Under the pieces are notes generated by a model. It was given only the letters and a program-made list of their open reading frames with translations. It ran no database searches and was not told the origin of the DNA. A stretch of DNA of 64,000 nucleotides, from NCBI GenBank assembly GCA_947459185.1, contig CANHCU010000002.1, positions 21,408-85,407 on the forward strand. Direction: 5' to 3'. The stretch comes from Planctomycetaceae bacterium (GTDB taxonomy: Bacteria > Planctomycetota > Planctomycetia > Pirellulales > UBA1268). The translations under genes were made by a program, and so were the position numbers. Below, piece after piece: positions 29,979 to 40,161 of this stretch (the stretch's first letter is position 1; every line of letters begins with the position of its first letter).

Positions 29979-31508
29979 ATGCCCTCCACCTCGCGTCGCA
30001 GCTTCATTCAGACAGCATCCATGGCCGGTGCCGGCTATTTTGTCGCCGCTGGCGGCCGCCAGGCATGGAGTCAGTCGGCCGGTGAGCAGCTCAACGTCGC
30101 CTGCATCGGCGTGGGCGGCAAAGGGGGCAGCGACTCCGACAACGCGGCCCTCTTTGGCAACGTGATCGCGATCTGCGACGTGGACCGCAACACGCTCGAG
30201 AAGAAGGGCGGCTCGGAAAAGTTCAAAGATGCCGAGCGGTTCACCGACTACCGCGAGCTGCTTGCCAAGCACGGCAAGAACATCGACATCTGCACGATCA
30301 GCACGCCGGACCACATGCATGCCCCGGCAACGCTCGACGCGATGCGGCTGGGCATCAGCTGCTACACGCAGAAGCCGCTGACGCGAACGATCTACGAGGC
30401 GAGGCTGCTGGCGAAGGTCGCGGAAGAGATGGCGGGCAAGGGCGTCGCCACGCAGATGGGCAACCAGGGCACGGCGCTCGACACCTCCCGCGAAGCGATT
30501 GCCCAGCTCCGATCGGGCGTTCTCGGAGCGCTGAAGGAGGTCTACGCCTGGTCGAATCGTCCCGTCTGGGCCCAGGGCCCGAATCGCCGCGTGAATATGC
30601 GGAAATACCAGACGCAGGCGATGTCGGAGGTGGACGGACAGGAGGATCCGACGACGACTGCTGAGGAGGTGGCGGAGATCGTCCAGGACTTGCTCAAGAA
30701 GAAGCAGCAGGAGATCGGCAAAGCGCTCGAGCGGCTGGACTGGAAAAACTGGCTCGGCGTGGCACCGGCTCGGGAATACTGGCCCGGCCTCTACCATGCA
30801 TTCCAGCACCGTGGCTGGTGGGACTTCGGCACGGGGGCCCTGGGCGACATGGCCTGCCATCAGCTGACGGTGCCCTTCGCCTCATGCGGCCTCCGCGACC
30901 CCATCTCGGTGGTGGCGAAGACCACGGGCCACGATTTCGACAGCTTCCCGGCCAGTTCGATCATCAAGTTTGAATTTCCCGAGACAAAGGAGCGGCCGGC
31001 GATTCCGTTCTGGTGGTACGACCGCAAGGGCAACAAGCCGCCGGCGGAAATCTTCTCGAAGTGGGGCATCGACAAGGTCTCCGACAGCGGCGTGCTCATC
31101 GTGGGCGAGAAGGGTGCCTTCTACAGTTCCGACGACTACTGCGGAAAATACGAACTCAAGGGCGTCGAGAAGGCGACCGTCGAGTACGAGAAGGCGGAGG
31201 ACCAGGGGAAGGGCAACGACGTCAACAACATGTTCGAATTGTTCCGCGCCAAGCGGGCAGGCGACCCCAAGATCTGCAAGTCGAACTTCGTCGATCGCGG
31301 TGGCCCGCTCACCGAGACCATCCTGCTGGGTAACCTCGCCGTCTGGGCGGCAGCCAAGGGCGGATCCAACGGCGAGATGGGCGACTGGGGCGAGAAGGTC
31401 GAGTGGGATGCCAAAGACCTGAAGGTCACGAACCTCGAAGCCCTCAAGACGCCCCGCGTGGCCGATCTGATCAAGCCGACCTATCCGCAGGGATACCGGC
31501 TCGACTGA
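29979..31508 (+). CDS. Tat-exported Gfo/Idh/MocA oxidoreductase
   Basis: SRRSF twin-arginine leader, ACIGVGGKG, STPDHMH, YTQKPL, WWDFGTGALGDMACH. Confidence 0.92.
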   Translation: MPSTSRRSFIQTASMAGAGYFVAAGGRQAWSQSAGEQLNVACIGVGGKGGSDSDNAALFGNVIAICDVDRNTLEKKGGSEKFKDAERFTDYRELLAKHGKNIDICTISTPDHMHAPATLDAMRLGISCYTQKPLTRTIYEARLLAKVAEEMAGKGVATQMGNQGTALDTSREAIAQLRSGVLGALKEVYAWSNRPVWAQGPNRRVNMRKYQTQAMSEVDGQEDPTTTAEEVAEIVQDLLKKKQQEIGKALERLDWKNWLGVAPAREYWPGLYHAFQHRGWWDFGTGALGDMACHQLTVPFASCGLRDPISVVAKTTGHDFDSFPASSIIKFEFPETKERPAIPFWWYDRKGNKPPAEIFSKWGIDKVSDSGVLIVGEKGAFYSSDDYCGKYELKGVEKATVEYEKAEDQGKGNDVNNMFELFRAKRAGDPKICKSNFVDRGGPLTETILLGNLAVWAAAKGGSNGEMGDWGEKVEWDAKDLKVTNLEALKTPRVADLIKPTYPQGYRLD

Positions 31509-31526
31509 CAACAATTTGAGGAACTC

Positions 31527-32783
31527 ATGACGACTTCGGTGCGATGCGGCCGACTGGCTCGGCTGGTGCTCTTGCTCGTGGCTGCGTGCGCGGTGCCCGC
31601 CGCAGGCGGCCGGTTCGCCGCGGCGCAGCCCGTGGCCGGCGATGTGGCGACGGCGAAAACCCGCCTCGAATGCCTCGGCAAAGATGCCAAATACAAGCTC
31701 GACGGCGACGGCCGCCTCACCGAAATCGCGATCGAGGATGGTGCCGAAATCACAGCCGACGACGTGGCACTCTTCGGTCGGCTCGGCGAGCTGCAAACGC
31801 TGCGGATTCTCAACTGCCGTGTTCTCAACGATGAGATGGTAGAGCAACTCACCCGCTTGAAGAACCTCGACACGCTGGCGCTGACCAACAGTGCCATCAC
31901 GGATGCGGGGGTTGAGAAGATCGTGCAGTCGTTTCCAAACCTCGTCGAACTCGACCTCTCGTCCAACACCAACATGACGGGCGCGGCGATGAAGCTGATC
32001 GCCAGCCTCGGGAAGCTCGAGCGGCTGACGCTCCTGCAAAATCGGTTCAATGATCTCAACACCCGCCGGCTCTCGAAGATGCCGGAGCTGCGTTCCCTCG
32101 ACCTGCGGGGCAACATGGAGGCGGGCGACATGACGCTCGAGGTGGTCGGCAAGCTGCCCAACCTCACCGCGCTTAAGCACCGCAGCACGGCTGTCACCGA
32201 TGCCGGCCTCGAGGGGCTGGCCGAGAGCAAGACGCTCGAGTCACTGCTCATGCAGGATTTCGTGATCACGAACGAGTCGGGACCGCATCTTGCGAAGCTG
32301 TCGAAGCTTTCGTCGCTCGAAGTTTTCCGCTGCCAGGGGATCGGCACCGACGGTGTCCTTGCTTTCGCGGGCCTGCCGCTCACACGTCTGACGCTGCGGG
32401 ACCTGCCCGACGTCGGCGATCCGGCCCTGGCGGTGGTGGCAAAGCTCCCGCGGCTCAAACGGCTCTATCTCCACGAGCTGGCAAGCCTCGGCGACGAAGG
32501 GCTACGTCAGCTCACGGCGGCAAAGGACCTTGAGGTGCTCGACATCTGGAGTCTGCCGAAGATGACCGACGCATCGGTCGCCGTGATCGCGGCACTGCCC
32601 AACCTGAAGGAACTTTCGATCCGGGAGACCGGCGTCACGGAGTCCTCCGTCGAAAAACTTGCTGCGATGCCGAAGCTGCAGTCGCTGACATTCAAGAACA
32701 ACGGCCCTCTCTCGGCTGGCAATGCGGCCAAGCTCACTGGCCGAAAGTGGAGCAAGCTCGATCTGGGTGGCGCCGGCAAATAA
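31527..32783 (+). CDS. Exported leucine-rich repeat protein
   Basis: Signal peptide followed by about 24-25 aa LxxLxLxxxxxTDxG repeats. Confidence 0.88.
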   Translation: MTTSVRCGRLARLVLLLVAACAVPAAGGRFAAAQPVAGDVATAKTRLECLGKDAKYKLDGDGRLTEIAIEDGAEITADDVALFGRLGELQTLRILNCRVLNDEMVEQLTRLKNLDTLALTNSAITDAGVEKIVQSFPNLVELDLSSNTNMTGAAMKLIASLGKLERLTLLQNRFNDLNTRRLSKMPELRSLDLRGNMEAGDMTLEVVGKLPNLTALKHRSTAVTDAGLEGLAESKTLESLLMQDFVITNESGPHLAKLSKLSSLEVFRCQGIGTDGVLAFAGLPLTRLTLRDLPDVGDPALAVVAKLPRLKRLYLHELASLGDEGLRQLTAAKDLEVLDIWSLPKMTDASVAVIAALPNLKELSIRETGVTESSVEKLAAMPKLQSLTFKNNGPLSAGNAAKLTGRKWSKLDLGGAGK

Positions 32784-32889
32784 GCCGACCTGTGATTTCA
32801 TTCGGGTCGGAACGTGTAGGCGACCGCATTGCCTCGCCTGCGCCGTCCTCAGGACGGTTTCCGTTCTCACTTGAAGGACTCTGAACCAG

Positions 32890-33117
32890 ATGAATCCCGG
32901 CAGTCTGTTGATTCTGGCTGGACTCCTTGCCGTGAGCCTCGGACTGTGGTGGAAATTCGCTCCGGAAAGTCTGCCACGATTTCCACTCGGTAATCTGCCG
33001 GGCGATATCCGAATTGAGCGGGAAGGATTCCGCTTGTATGTGCCGGTGACGACCTGCATCGTGATCAGCGGCCTGTTCTGGCTGGCGCAGATTCTTATGA
33101 ACCGCAGCGGCCAGTGA
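32890..33117 (+). CDS. DUF2905 family small membrane protein
   Basis: LGNLPGDIRIEREGFRLYVPVTTCIVIS signature. Confidence 0.85.
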   Translation: MNPGSLLILAGLLAVSLGLWWKFAPESLPRFPLGNLPGDIRIEREGFRLYVPVTTCIVISGLFWLAQILMNRSGQ

Positions 33118-33167
33118 CCGGGATTACAGCTTCACGCGTGAAGATCCCGGACGGACCGAAAAGAAAG

Positions 33168-33242
33168 GGTGGCTAACGGGACTCGAACCCGCGACCCCTA
33201 GAATCACAATCTAGTGCTCTAACCAGCTGAGCTATAGCCACC
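33168..33242 (-). tRNA. tRNA-His (GUG)
   Basis: GGTGGCTATAGCTCAGCTGGTTAGAGCACTAGATTGTGATTCTAGGGGTCGCGGGTTCGAGTCCCGTTAGCCACC. Encoded G-1 and C73; the CCA end is not fully encoded. Confidence 0.96.
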
Positions 33243-33320
33243 GCGCAAGACGGAGAACTCCGTCCGAAGCAGTTTAGCACACTTTTTATTCCGTCCACGC
33301 CCCTCCCGTAGGCCCCCGCC

Positions 33321-35495
33321 TCACGGCCCTGCGTGCGGATCCACAGGCAGATTCGCAGGCGGAATCACCGGCGGATGCGGCCCGGTCGCCGTGAGCAGAA
33401 AGCCAGCCCCCTGCTCCTTCGGATCCGTGCGGAGAAACTGCGCGAAAATCAGGCCGTCACCCGGCCACTCCTCCGTAGCGGTCAGCCGCACCCGCACCCA
33501 GATCCGCCTGCCGCCGGCCACGATCCGGCCGATGTCGTGCGCAGCCGTGTTGAAGCCGCCGGCACCGGCCTTGAGTTCCACGAGAGTGGTCCATGCCTCA
33601 CCGTCGGGTGAGACGTCGAGGGCGGCGCGGGCACCGGGGTCATAGGGAAACGGATCGCCGGTCGTCCAGACGGCCAGCGGCGCGGTGAGCGTTGCATCCT
33701 GGATCGTGAAGGGAATGTCGAATCGCAGCGTGATCACCCCTTCGCGGCCCGCCACCGTGGGGCGGATGAACGTCGTCGCCCCGGCGTGAGTTTCGGTGTA
33801 GCGATCCACGCCGACGAGCGATACCACGTGCCGCTCCCAATCGTCGTCGATCGGGGTGAATCGGATCTCGCGATAGGGTGGGCTTCGCCACTTCGTCTGA
33901 CCCGATATGGCCAAGACCCTGCCGACCGCATCGACCGGCGACGCTCGCGTGCCAACGGCCGCCAGCGTGTAGTCGCCGGCCTCGGAGGTGAGCGCCGCCA
34001 GACCACCGATCCTCCAACTCTGGGGCCCGCCCGTGACAGTCAGGCCCGCGACGTCGATCGCCACACCATTCCGCGTGAGTCGAAAGTCCTCGGCAACCAA
34101 CCCAGAGATATCTTCTTCGCACTTGAGATCCACCCACTCCAGCGGCGTGGTGCGGCCACTTGAGACGTTGGCGAAACGGAAGGTGACAGGCCGGGCTGCA
34201 AGGCCGGCTGCCGCGGCGGATGCCGAACGAACAGTCGCCCCCGCTGACGCCTGTGGCAGTCGGCGCCACCATGCCATCCCCACGATCGCCGCGCACAGCC
34301 CGGCCGCTGCAAGAAGGGCGACAGTCAGTCGTCGGGGCCATCTGCCACTTCCTCGGAACACCTCCGCCAATACGGTGCGGGCCGGTGCGGCAGCGAGCGG
34401 CTCGCCCGCCAGCAGGCGTAGCAGGTCTGCAGCCACGGCGGCCGCCGATGGATAGCGGGCCGCCGGATCTTTGTGCAGGCACGTTCCTGCGATCGCGTCG
34501 GCACCACGGATAAGCCCACGGTCGGCCGTTGTCGCTCCGGCGATGGCCAGCCGGGCGGGCATGGTCTCCCGGACAATCCTCGCTGTCTCCACGAGCGACT
34601 TGCCCGCCACGTCATACGGCAGGCGACCGCTAAGCAGTTGGTGCATCACCACGCCGATCGCATAGACATCGGTGCGGGCATCGATGGTCGCGCGGTGCTC
34701 CATGAACTGCTCGGGGGCCATGTAGGGCCGCGTGCCGATGAACTGCCCCGTCTCGGTTCGCGGCCCGTCATCGTCGGCTGCGGCACCGTCCATCCTCGCG
34801 ATTCCAAAATCGATGATCTTCGGCCGCCCTTCGGCATCGACGAGGATGTTGCCCGGCTTGAGATCGCGATGCACGATGCCCTCCGCATGGCCGTGGGCCA
34901 CCGCCTCGCACACCTCCAGCAGGAGCTCGAGCCGACTGCGCAGCGGCACTCGGCGGCGCTCGCAGGCCTGCACAAGCGATTCCGCACCGGGAATGAACTC
35001 CATCACGTAGTAGGGCACGTCAACGATGCCCAGACGATGGCAGCCGGCTGTGAAGATCTGGGCGATGCCGGGATGACGGAGCCTGGCGAGCGCGTCGGCC
35101 TCACGGCGGAACCGCAACTGCGCGGCAACACCGGGCGATGACGTGCGCATCGCCTTCACTGCCACGGTGCGGGCTGGGTTCGTCTGCCGTGCCTCGTAGA
35201 CGCGGCCCATGCCCCCTTCGCCGATGTGCCGTTCGATGAGGACGCCCCCCAGATCAACGCCGATCAGCGGATCGGGGCCGGTCGCGAACCGGTCGGCCGC
35301 CAGGCCGAAATCGGCCGACCGCTGCGAGAGCTGGTCACCCGAAGCGTGAGTGTCGGAGGTCGGAGCAGTCGATGGCGGGCTCTGGTCCGGCGTCACGGCG
35401 GCCGGGCCATGCAGTCCGTCGTGCGGCTGAGGAGACTCGGCACGGGCCATGACCGGCATACGCTCCGACTGCAGATGGTGGGGCAGATGGCCCAT
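33321..35495 (-). CDS. Hanks-type Ser/Thr protein kinase with TM helix and extracytoplasmic domain
   Basis: IGEGGMGRVY, VAVK, HRDLKPGN, IDFG, YMAPEQ, DVYAIG; TM around LTVALLAAAGLCAAIVGMAWW. Start codon uncertain. Confidence 0.92.
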   Translation of the reverse strand: MGHLPHHLQSERMPVMARAESPQPHDGLHGPAAVTPDQSPPSTAPTSDTHASGDQLSQRSADFGLAADRFATGPDPLIGVDLGGVLIERHIGEGGMGRVYEARQTNPARTVAVKAMRTSSPGVAAQLRFRREADALARLRHPGIAQIFTAGCHRLGIVDVPYYVMEFIPGAESLVQACERRRVPLRSRLELLLEVCEAVAHGHAEGIVHRDLKPGNILVDAEGRPKIIDFGIARMDGAAADDDGPRTETGQFIGTRPYMAPEQFMEHRATIDARTDVYAIGVVMHQLLSGRLPYDVAGKSLVETARIVRETMPARLAIAGATTADRGLIRGADAIAGTCLHKDPAARYPSAAAVAADLLRLLAGEPLAAAPARTVLAEVFRGSGRWPRRLTVALLAAAGLCAAIVGMAWWRRLPQASAGATVRSASAAAAGLAARPVTFRFANVSSGRTTPLEWVDLKCEEDISGLVAEDFRLTRNGVAIDVAGLTVTGGPQSWRIGGLAALTSEAGDYTLAAVGTRASPVDAVGRVLAISGQTKWRSPPYREIRFTPIDDDWERHVVSLVGVDRYTETHAGATTFIRPTVAGREGVITLRFDIPFTIQDATLTAPLAVWTTGDPFPYDPGARAALDVSPDGEAWTTLVELKAGAGGFNTAAHDIGRIVAGGRRIWVRVRLTATEEWPGDGLIFAQFLRTDPKEQGAGFLLTATGPHPPVIPPANLPVDPHAGP

Positions 35496-35650
35496 TGGGA
35501 GAACTTCCCAAGCCTATCGTACGAGCGGTCGTGCTCCCTGCCAGAGGGCCTCTCCTCTGCCCACACCAGCCTTCCCGAATTGACATTCCACGACCGCGGT
35601 CGATTCGATTCAATGGTGGACCCGTCAATCGCCGGACAGGAGAGCCCGCC

Positions 35651-36475
35651 ATGCCGAGCCATGCCCCGATCGTCACCAGGAGCCGGTTCACCGCGGCCCG
35701 CGGCTGCATCAGCGATGTGGCCCGGCTCGCCCAGGAGATTCCGCTGTTTCCCGTCGAGCGGACGATGCCACTGGGCCCGCTCGCGGCGGCCCGCGTTGCC
35801 GTCGGGACTACAGCTTCCGCCAAGCATCCAGCTGGCACCGCGCGAATCGGCTGGGCGGCAGTCTTCCTCAAGGCATATGCACTCGTCGCCCGCGAGATGC
35901 CCATGCTCCGCACCTGGCTGGTGCAAGGCTTTCCCGGCCCCCGCCTGGCCACCGCCGCTGAGAGTGTGGCCACGCTGGCCGTGAATCGCATCGAGGATGG
36001 CGAAGACCGGCTCTTCTGGGCGCGGCTCGCCGCGCCCGACGCAAAACCCCTTCCCGAGATTCAACAGTTCATCGTCGACTGCGCGACAAAGCCGGTCGAG
36101 GAGATGTTCAAGCGGCAGTTACAACTGGAGATGGTGCCAGGGTTCCTGCGGCGGACGATCCTGCGGTGGAACATGAACTCGTTCTCCCGGAAGCGGGCCA
36201 CCCGGATCGGCACCTTCAGTCTCTCCACGCTGGCGGGCATGGGGGCAACCAACCGCTTCCATCCCACGATCTGCACGACGAGCCTCTCCTACGCGCCGCT
36301 CGACGACGACGGCAACTGCCTGGTGACGCTGATCGCCGATCATCGCGTGCTCGACGGCGCCGTGGTGGCCCGGGCGCTCGCCCGGCTGGAAGAGGTGCTC
36401 TGCCACGAGATGCTCGCGGAACTCCGCGGGCGGGCTGACGTCAGCCCGGCGGCGTCGGGCAAAGCCTGCGCCTGA
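35651..36475 (+). CDS. Stand-alone 2-oxoacid dehydrogenase E2-like (CAT-fold) acyltransferase domain protein
   Basis: GTFSLSTL and ADHRVLDGA (DHRxxDG) motifs; no lipoyl domain. Confidence 0.7.
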   Translation: MPSHAPIVTRSRFTAARGCISDVARLAQEIPLFPVERTMPLGPLAAARVAVGTTASAKHPAGTARIGWAAVFLKAYALVAREMPMLRTWLVQGFPGPRLATAAESVATLAVNRIEDGEDRLFWARLAAPDAKPLPEIQQFIVDCATKPVEEMFKRQLQLEMVPGFLRRTILRWNMNSFSRKRATRIGTFSLSTLAGMGATNRFHPTICTTSLSYAPLDDDGNCLVTLIADHRVLDGAVVARALARLEEVLCHEMLAELRGRADVSPAASGKACA

Positions 36476-36490
36476 CCAGCGGATACTCCG

Positions 36491-36509
36491 TTTGCCGATT
36501 CCGCCAATG
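36491..36509 (+). promoter_or_regulatory. Candidate response-regulator operator, copy 1
   Basis: TTTGCCGATTCCGCCAATG, 18/19 identical to the copy upstream of the DUF1559 gene. Confidence 0.6.
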
Positions 36510-36615
36510 CCGCGTGCGGATGGGAGCGGACATACTCACTTTTTTGGAACCGCGGGGCGTCGGATTCCGATCGGATCCCTTGAGCGTTCCTGCGTTTCCA
36601 TCGGCAGCCATCATC

Positions 36616-38166
36616 ATGCGTCAACAGCCTCCGGAATCTCACCGTCCGCATCTCCTCTTTGGCAACCCGGCTCCACGCCGCCGCGTCCGTGAAACCCCCA
36701 CGGTTTTCCTGGCAACGGGATGGTTGTTCATCTTCGTCGCCTGCATCGGGGCTCTGGCCACCGCTGCGGATGCACCGATCGTGATCACGCCCGAGGAATC
36801 CAGCGAACTTTTGGCAAATCCGGGCATCGGCTGGGAGACCTTCGGCTACCCAGCCAAGGCAGACAAGAACCTGCCGAAGGGGATTCCTTCCACGATTCTC
36901 TACGTCCGCTGGGGCTGGGCCCAACTCGAGCAGCAGCCTGGAAAGCTCAACACCGAACTGCTGAACGGGACCCTGAAAAATGCCCGGGATTCGGGCCAGA
37001 AACTGGCACTGCGGGTGAAGTGCTGCAACCCGCGGAAGGGAACCATCGAGCACCCGTCCTGGCTCAAGGACGTTGGCGGCCGGGAACTGCTGGTGGACTA
37101 CGGCGACGGCCCCGCGGAAATTCCGATTCCAGACTTCGACGATCCCGTCGTCCTCGAACGGCACCTCGACTTCATCAAGCGGCTGGGGGCTGCCTACGAC
37201 GGCCATCCCGACTTCGACCACGTCGATCTGGGCTCGCTCGGCTGGTGGGGCGAGTGGCACATGAGCCGCTGCAAGACAGCCAAGATGCCGAGAATCGCAC
37301 ACTGCCACAAGGTGATCGATGCCTACCTCGCAGCCTTCAAGAAGACTCCACTTCTGATGCCCAATCCGGTCAATCCATGCATCGCCTACGCCGTCTCCCA
37401 TGGCTCCGGATGGCGGGCCGATTCTCTTGGCGACCTTGGCAGCTTCTCACCGAAGTGGAACCACATGCGCGACGCCTATCCGGCCGCCATCAAGAGCAAC
37501 AAACTCCAGGACGTCTGGAAAACCACCCCCATCTCGTTCGAGGCCCCCCATAACGTCTCCGAATTCTTTGAGAAGCGGTGGCCCGTGCGGAGTATCTTCA
37601 ACTACGCCCTCGCACTCCACGGCAGCTCCTTCAATGGCAAGTCGGCGCCGCTGCCAGAAGACCCGAAGTTCCGCGCGGAGCTGGATCGCTTCCTCAGCCG
37701 CCTCGGCTACCGCTTCGTGCTCAAGGAGTTCGTCCACCCGGCGCAGGTGAGTGCTGGTGGCTCACTCAACCTGTCGATGCAGTGGCAGAACGTCGGCTCC
37801 GCCCCCTGCTACCGGCCCTACCGGGTGGCCTATCGGCTCACCGGCCCAGACGGCTCCAAACGCATCATTGTCGGCACGACCACGGTCAACGCCTGGATGC
37901 CCGGATCAATCGAACTCTTCACCGCCGATTTTCCAGACAACGTGCCTGATCTGCCGCCGGGCGACACCCACGCTGTGACCGACAGCCTCGAACTCCCCGC
38001 CGACCTCTCGCCGGGAGACTACTCGCTCGCGATCGGCGTTGTCGGCGTTGTCGGCGTTGTCGGCGTTGTCGGCGAGAAGGACGATACGCCCGTCGTGCAG
38101 CTGGCAATCAAAGGTCGCACCAACGACGGATGGTATCCGCTCGGCACGCTAACGGTCATTCGCTGA
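36616..38166 (+). CDS. DUF4832-domain glycoside hydrolase-like exported protein
   Basis: LANPGIGW, YVRWGWAQLE, SLGWWGEWH, RLGYRFVL, WQNVGSAPCY. Confidence 0.75.
   Translation: MRQQPPESHRPHLLFGNPAPRRRVRETPTVFLATGWLFIFVACIGALATAADAPIVITPEESSELLANPGIGWETFGYPAKADKNLPKGIPSTILYVRWGWAQLEQQPGKLNTELLNGTLKNARDSGQKLALRVKCCNPRKGTIEHPSWLKDVGGRELLVDYGDGPAEIPIPDFDDPVVLERHLDFIKRLGAAYDGHPDFDHVDLGSLGWWGEWHMSRCKTAKMPRIAHCHKVIDAYLAAFKKTPLLMPNPVNPCIAYAVSHGSGWRADSLGDLGSFSPKWNHMRDAYPAAIKSNKLQDVWKTTPISFEAPHNVSEFFEKRWPVRSIFNYALALHGSSFNGKSAPLPEDPKFRAELDRFLSRLGYRFVLKEFVHPAQVSAGGSLNLSMQWQNVGSAPCYRPYRVAYRLTGPDGSKRIIVGTTTVNAWMPGSIELFTADFPDNVPDLPPGDTHAVTDSLELPADLSPGDYSLAIGVVGVVGVVGVVGEKDDTPVVQLAIKGRTNDGWYPLGTLTVIR
38033..38074 (+). 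repeat. In-frame 9-bp tandem repeat (TCGGCGTTG) x about 4.7
   Basis: Encodes GVVGVVGVVGVVG. Confidence 0.9.
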
Positions 38167-38199
38167 CAGAGACCGATCGCCCGCTGCAGCCTGCGTTCA

Positions 38200-38673
38200 C
38201 TACTGGCCAGGTCGTTCATCCTTCGAACCATCTTTGTAGGCGGCGACCTCGCCAGCGGTCACTTCCAATGTCTTGAGGCCGAAAAAGAAAACGTTGACCT
38301 TGCCGCCCTGGCCCTGCGATTCGAATACCACCGCCTGTTGCAACCCACCTGCATATGGAATTCCGTACCGTATGGAAAAAGGCTGCCCATCGCGCTCAGA
38401 GATGAAAAGCTTGTCGATGCTTCCCGGGGCAACTCCTATCTCCTCGAGGGAAGCCGGACTCTTCGCGGCGATATACTTCTTAAAAATAACATCGGACTTT
38501 GGGCCACTCCCATACTCACCCTGATACTGGGCGTACAGATTCACAAGACGCCTGCCGTTGCTGCTGTTTATCTTCTGAACGAACGCCTTGGCGTCGCCCT
38601 TCGTGGGGCCACAGCCGCTCAGAATCCCAACGAGAAGAACGACGAGTACCGCCGCGCGATGGTTGATGTTCAT
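38200..38673 (-). CDS. Hypothetical lipoprotein downstream of DUF1559
   Basis: MNINHRAAVLVVLLVGILSGC lipobox; FISERDGQPFSIRYG. Confidence 0.75.
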   Translation of the reverse strand: MNINHRAAVLVVLLVGILSGCGPTKGDAKAFVQKINSSNGRRLVNLYAQYQGEYGSGPKSDVIFKKYIAAKSPASLEEIGVAPGSIDKLFISERDGQPFSIRYGIPYAGGLQQAVVFESQGQGGKVNVFFFGLKTLEVTAGEVAAYKDGSKDERPGQ

Positions 38674-38833
38674 AGACAGTCTTTTGACGCTTCTCTCATT
38701 TGGAAAACAACCCGGCTCTCCAGAGACCCGGAACACCATCGGCCAATCGCACAGTGGCGACAGGTCATGACGGGGCAATCGTTCACCGTGCTGTACACAC
38801 CCGTGCTCTTGCAGGCCCCACCCACCGCGACCA

Positions 38834-39904
38834 CTACTCGATCTCAGCCGCCCGCCCTGCCCCATCAGCTCGCTTGCCGATCGTCGACAGCACGGTGCGG
38901 GACGTGTTGTAAGAAAAAGTCTGCACGCTGCCATCAGCCATCACGCCGTTGAACCCAGTTCGATGCGCCGACCCAAAGCTACGATCCTTGGTATCCGGGC
39001 GACCGGGTGTCGTGCTGGCATTATCCGGCAGTGGAATGTAGGTCGAACCAGTGTCGTAGACGGTCCGCACGGCGTTTTGGCAGCCATTGAATAAGGCGAC
39101 GAAAGAGCCGTCCTGGTAACCACCGTTCACCGTCATATCGCCGGTGTAGCGATCCGTGGCCACTTGTTTTTCCGCAAACATCAACGTGTTGGACGTGCCG
39201 TCCAGCACGTTCGACGTCTTGATGGGCGAGGCGATCACAAAGTTGGTGTATGTATTATTCCCGACGGTATCGTAGCCACCTGGAGAAATAACTCCTCCCC
39301 ATGTCGCGTCACAACTGGCGGAGGTACGTCCGCTGCTATAGCTGTTCATGTTCCACGACGTGGTAGAGTCCAGGGTTGCAAAAGCTGCGTAGTCATGCAA
39401 CGCCACAGCCGCTCCACTGAGAATGCCATACCGGAATGGCGGCCGACTCGGGCAGGTGTAGGCTGCCACGTGTCGCGCATTGAGCCCAGAGGAGGACGTG
39501 TCGGTGTAGCCTGTCCCCTTAAACCGTAGCTCGTAGGTAGTGTTCTCTTCCATGTAGGGAAGCATCTGCCAGAAATGATTCAGCAAGGGGGTGTTGAGGA
39601 CGTCGGCTACCCTGATCGAGGGCGTCCCACTCCAGGTCGCACTGGACGACCCGTTCGTAAACCCATATGGCACGATTCCTGCAGTTGGGTAACGTTTCTT
39701 CGCCGACTCGACGTTGAGTGCCGCCAGCCCCATCTGCTTCATGTTGTTCTTGCAGCTCGACATCCGAGCCGCCTCCCGGGCCGATTGCACGGCCGGCAAG
39801 AGCAGCCCCACGAGCGTGCCGATGATGGCGATCACGACGAGCAGTTCCACGAGCGTGAAGGCTCGCCGCCCCCGCGGCAGGACAAACGAAATCAGGGGTG
39901 TCAT
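38834..39904 (-). CDS. DUF1559 prepilin-like protein
   Basis: [57 protein letters not shown]. Confidence 0.95.
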   Translation of the reverse strand: MTPLISFVLPRGRRAFTLVELLVVIAIIGTLVGLLLPAVQSAREAARMSSCKNNMKQMGLAALNVESAKKRYPTAGIVPYGFTNGSSSATWSGTPSIRVADVLNTPLLNHFWQMLPYMEENTTYELRFKGTGYTDTSSSGLNARHVAAYTCPSRPPFRYGILSGAAVALHDYAAFATLDSTTSWNMNSYSSGRTSASCDATWGGVISPGGYDTVGNNTYTNFVIASPIKTSNVLDGTSNTLMFAEKQVATDRYTGDMTVNGGYQDGSFVALFNGCQNAVRTVYDTGSTYIPLPDNASTTPGRPDTKDRSFGSAHRTGFNGVMADGSVQTFSYNTSRTVLSTIGKRADGAGRAAEIE

Positions 39905-40071
39905 GGGAAACCTCCGAGTAAGATACTTGGAATCAACAAACTTGATTATATGTCACGGACATCTGCCTGCGGGCGAGAAAAGCGAATGCACTCGTGCGTG
40001 GAGGGCATCGGTCCCGGTCGGACATTCCCCGCTGATTCCCCTCAAAGGTATTGCCCGATTTCAGTCACCGC

Positions 40072-40090
40072 CATTGGCGGATTCGGCAAA
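40072..40090 (-). promoter_or_regulatory. Candidate response-regulator operator, copy 2
   Basis: Minus strand TTTGCCGAATCCGCCAATG upstream of the DUF1559 gene. Confidence 0.6.
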
Positions 40091-40161
40091 ATGATCGAGG
40101 CAGACCTCTGTCCCCGCCGCCACGAATGTCGGTACTTTTGCCGACGAGTATCGGTCGGTTG

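Noticed and set aside
33100-33320. Island integrated at tRNA-His
   Set aside because: No integrase and no duplicated tRNA 3' end seen in the window.
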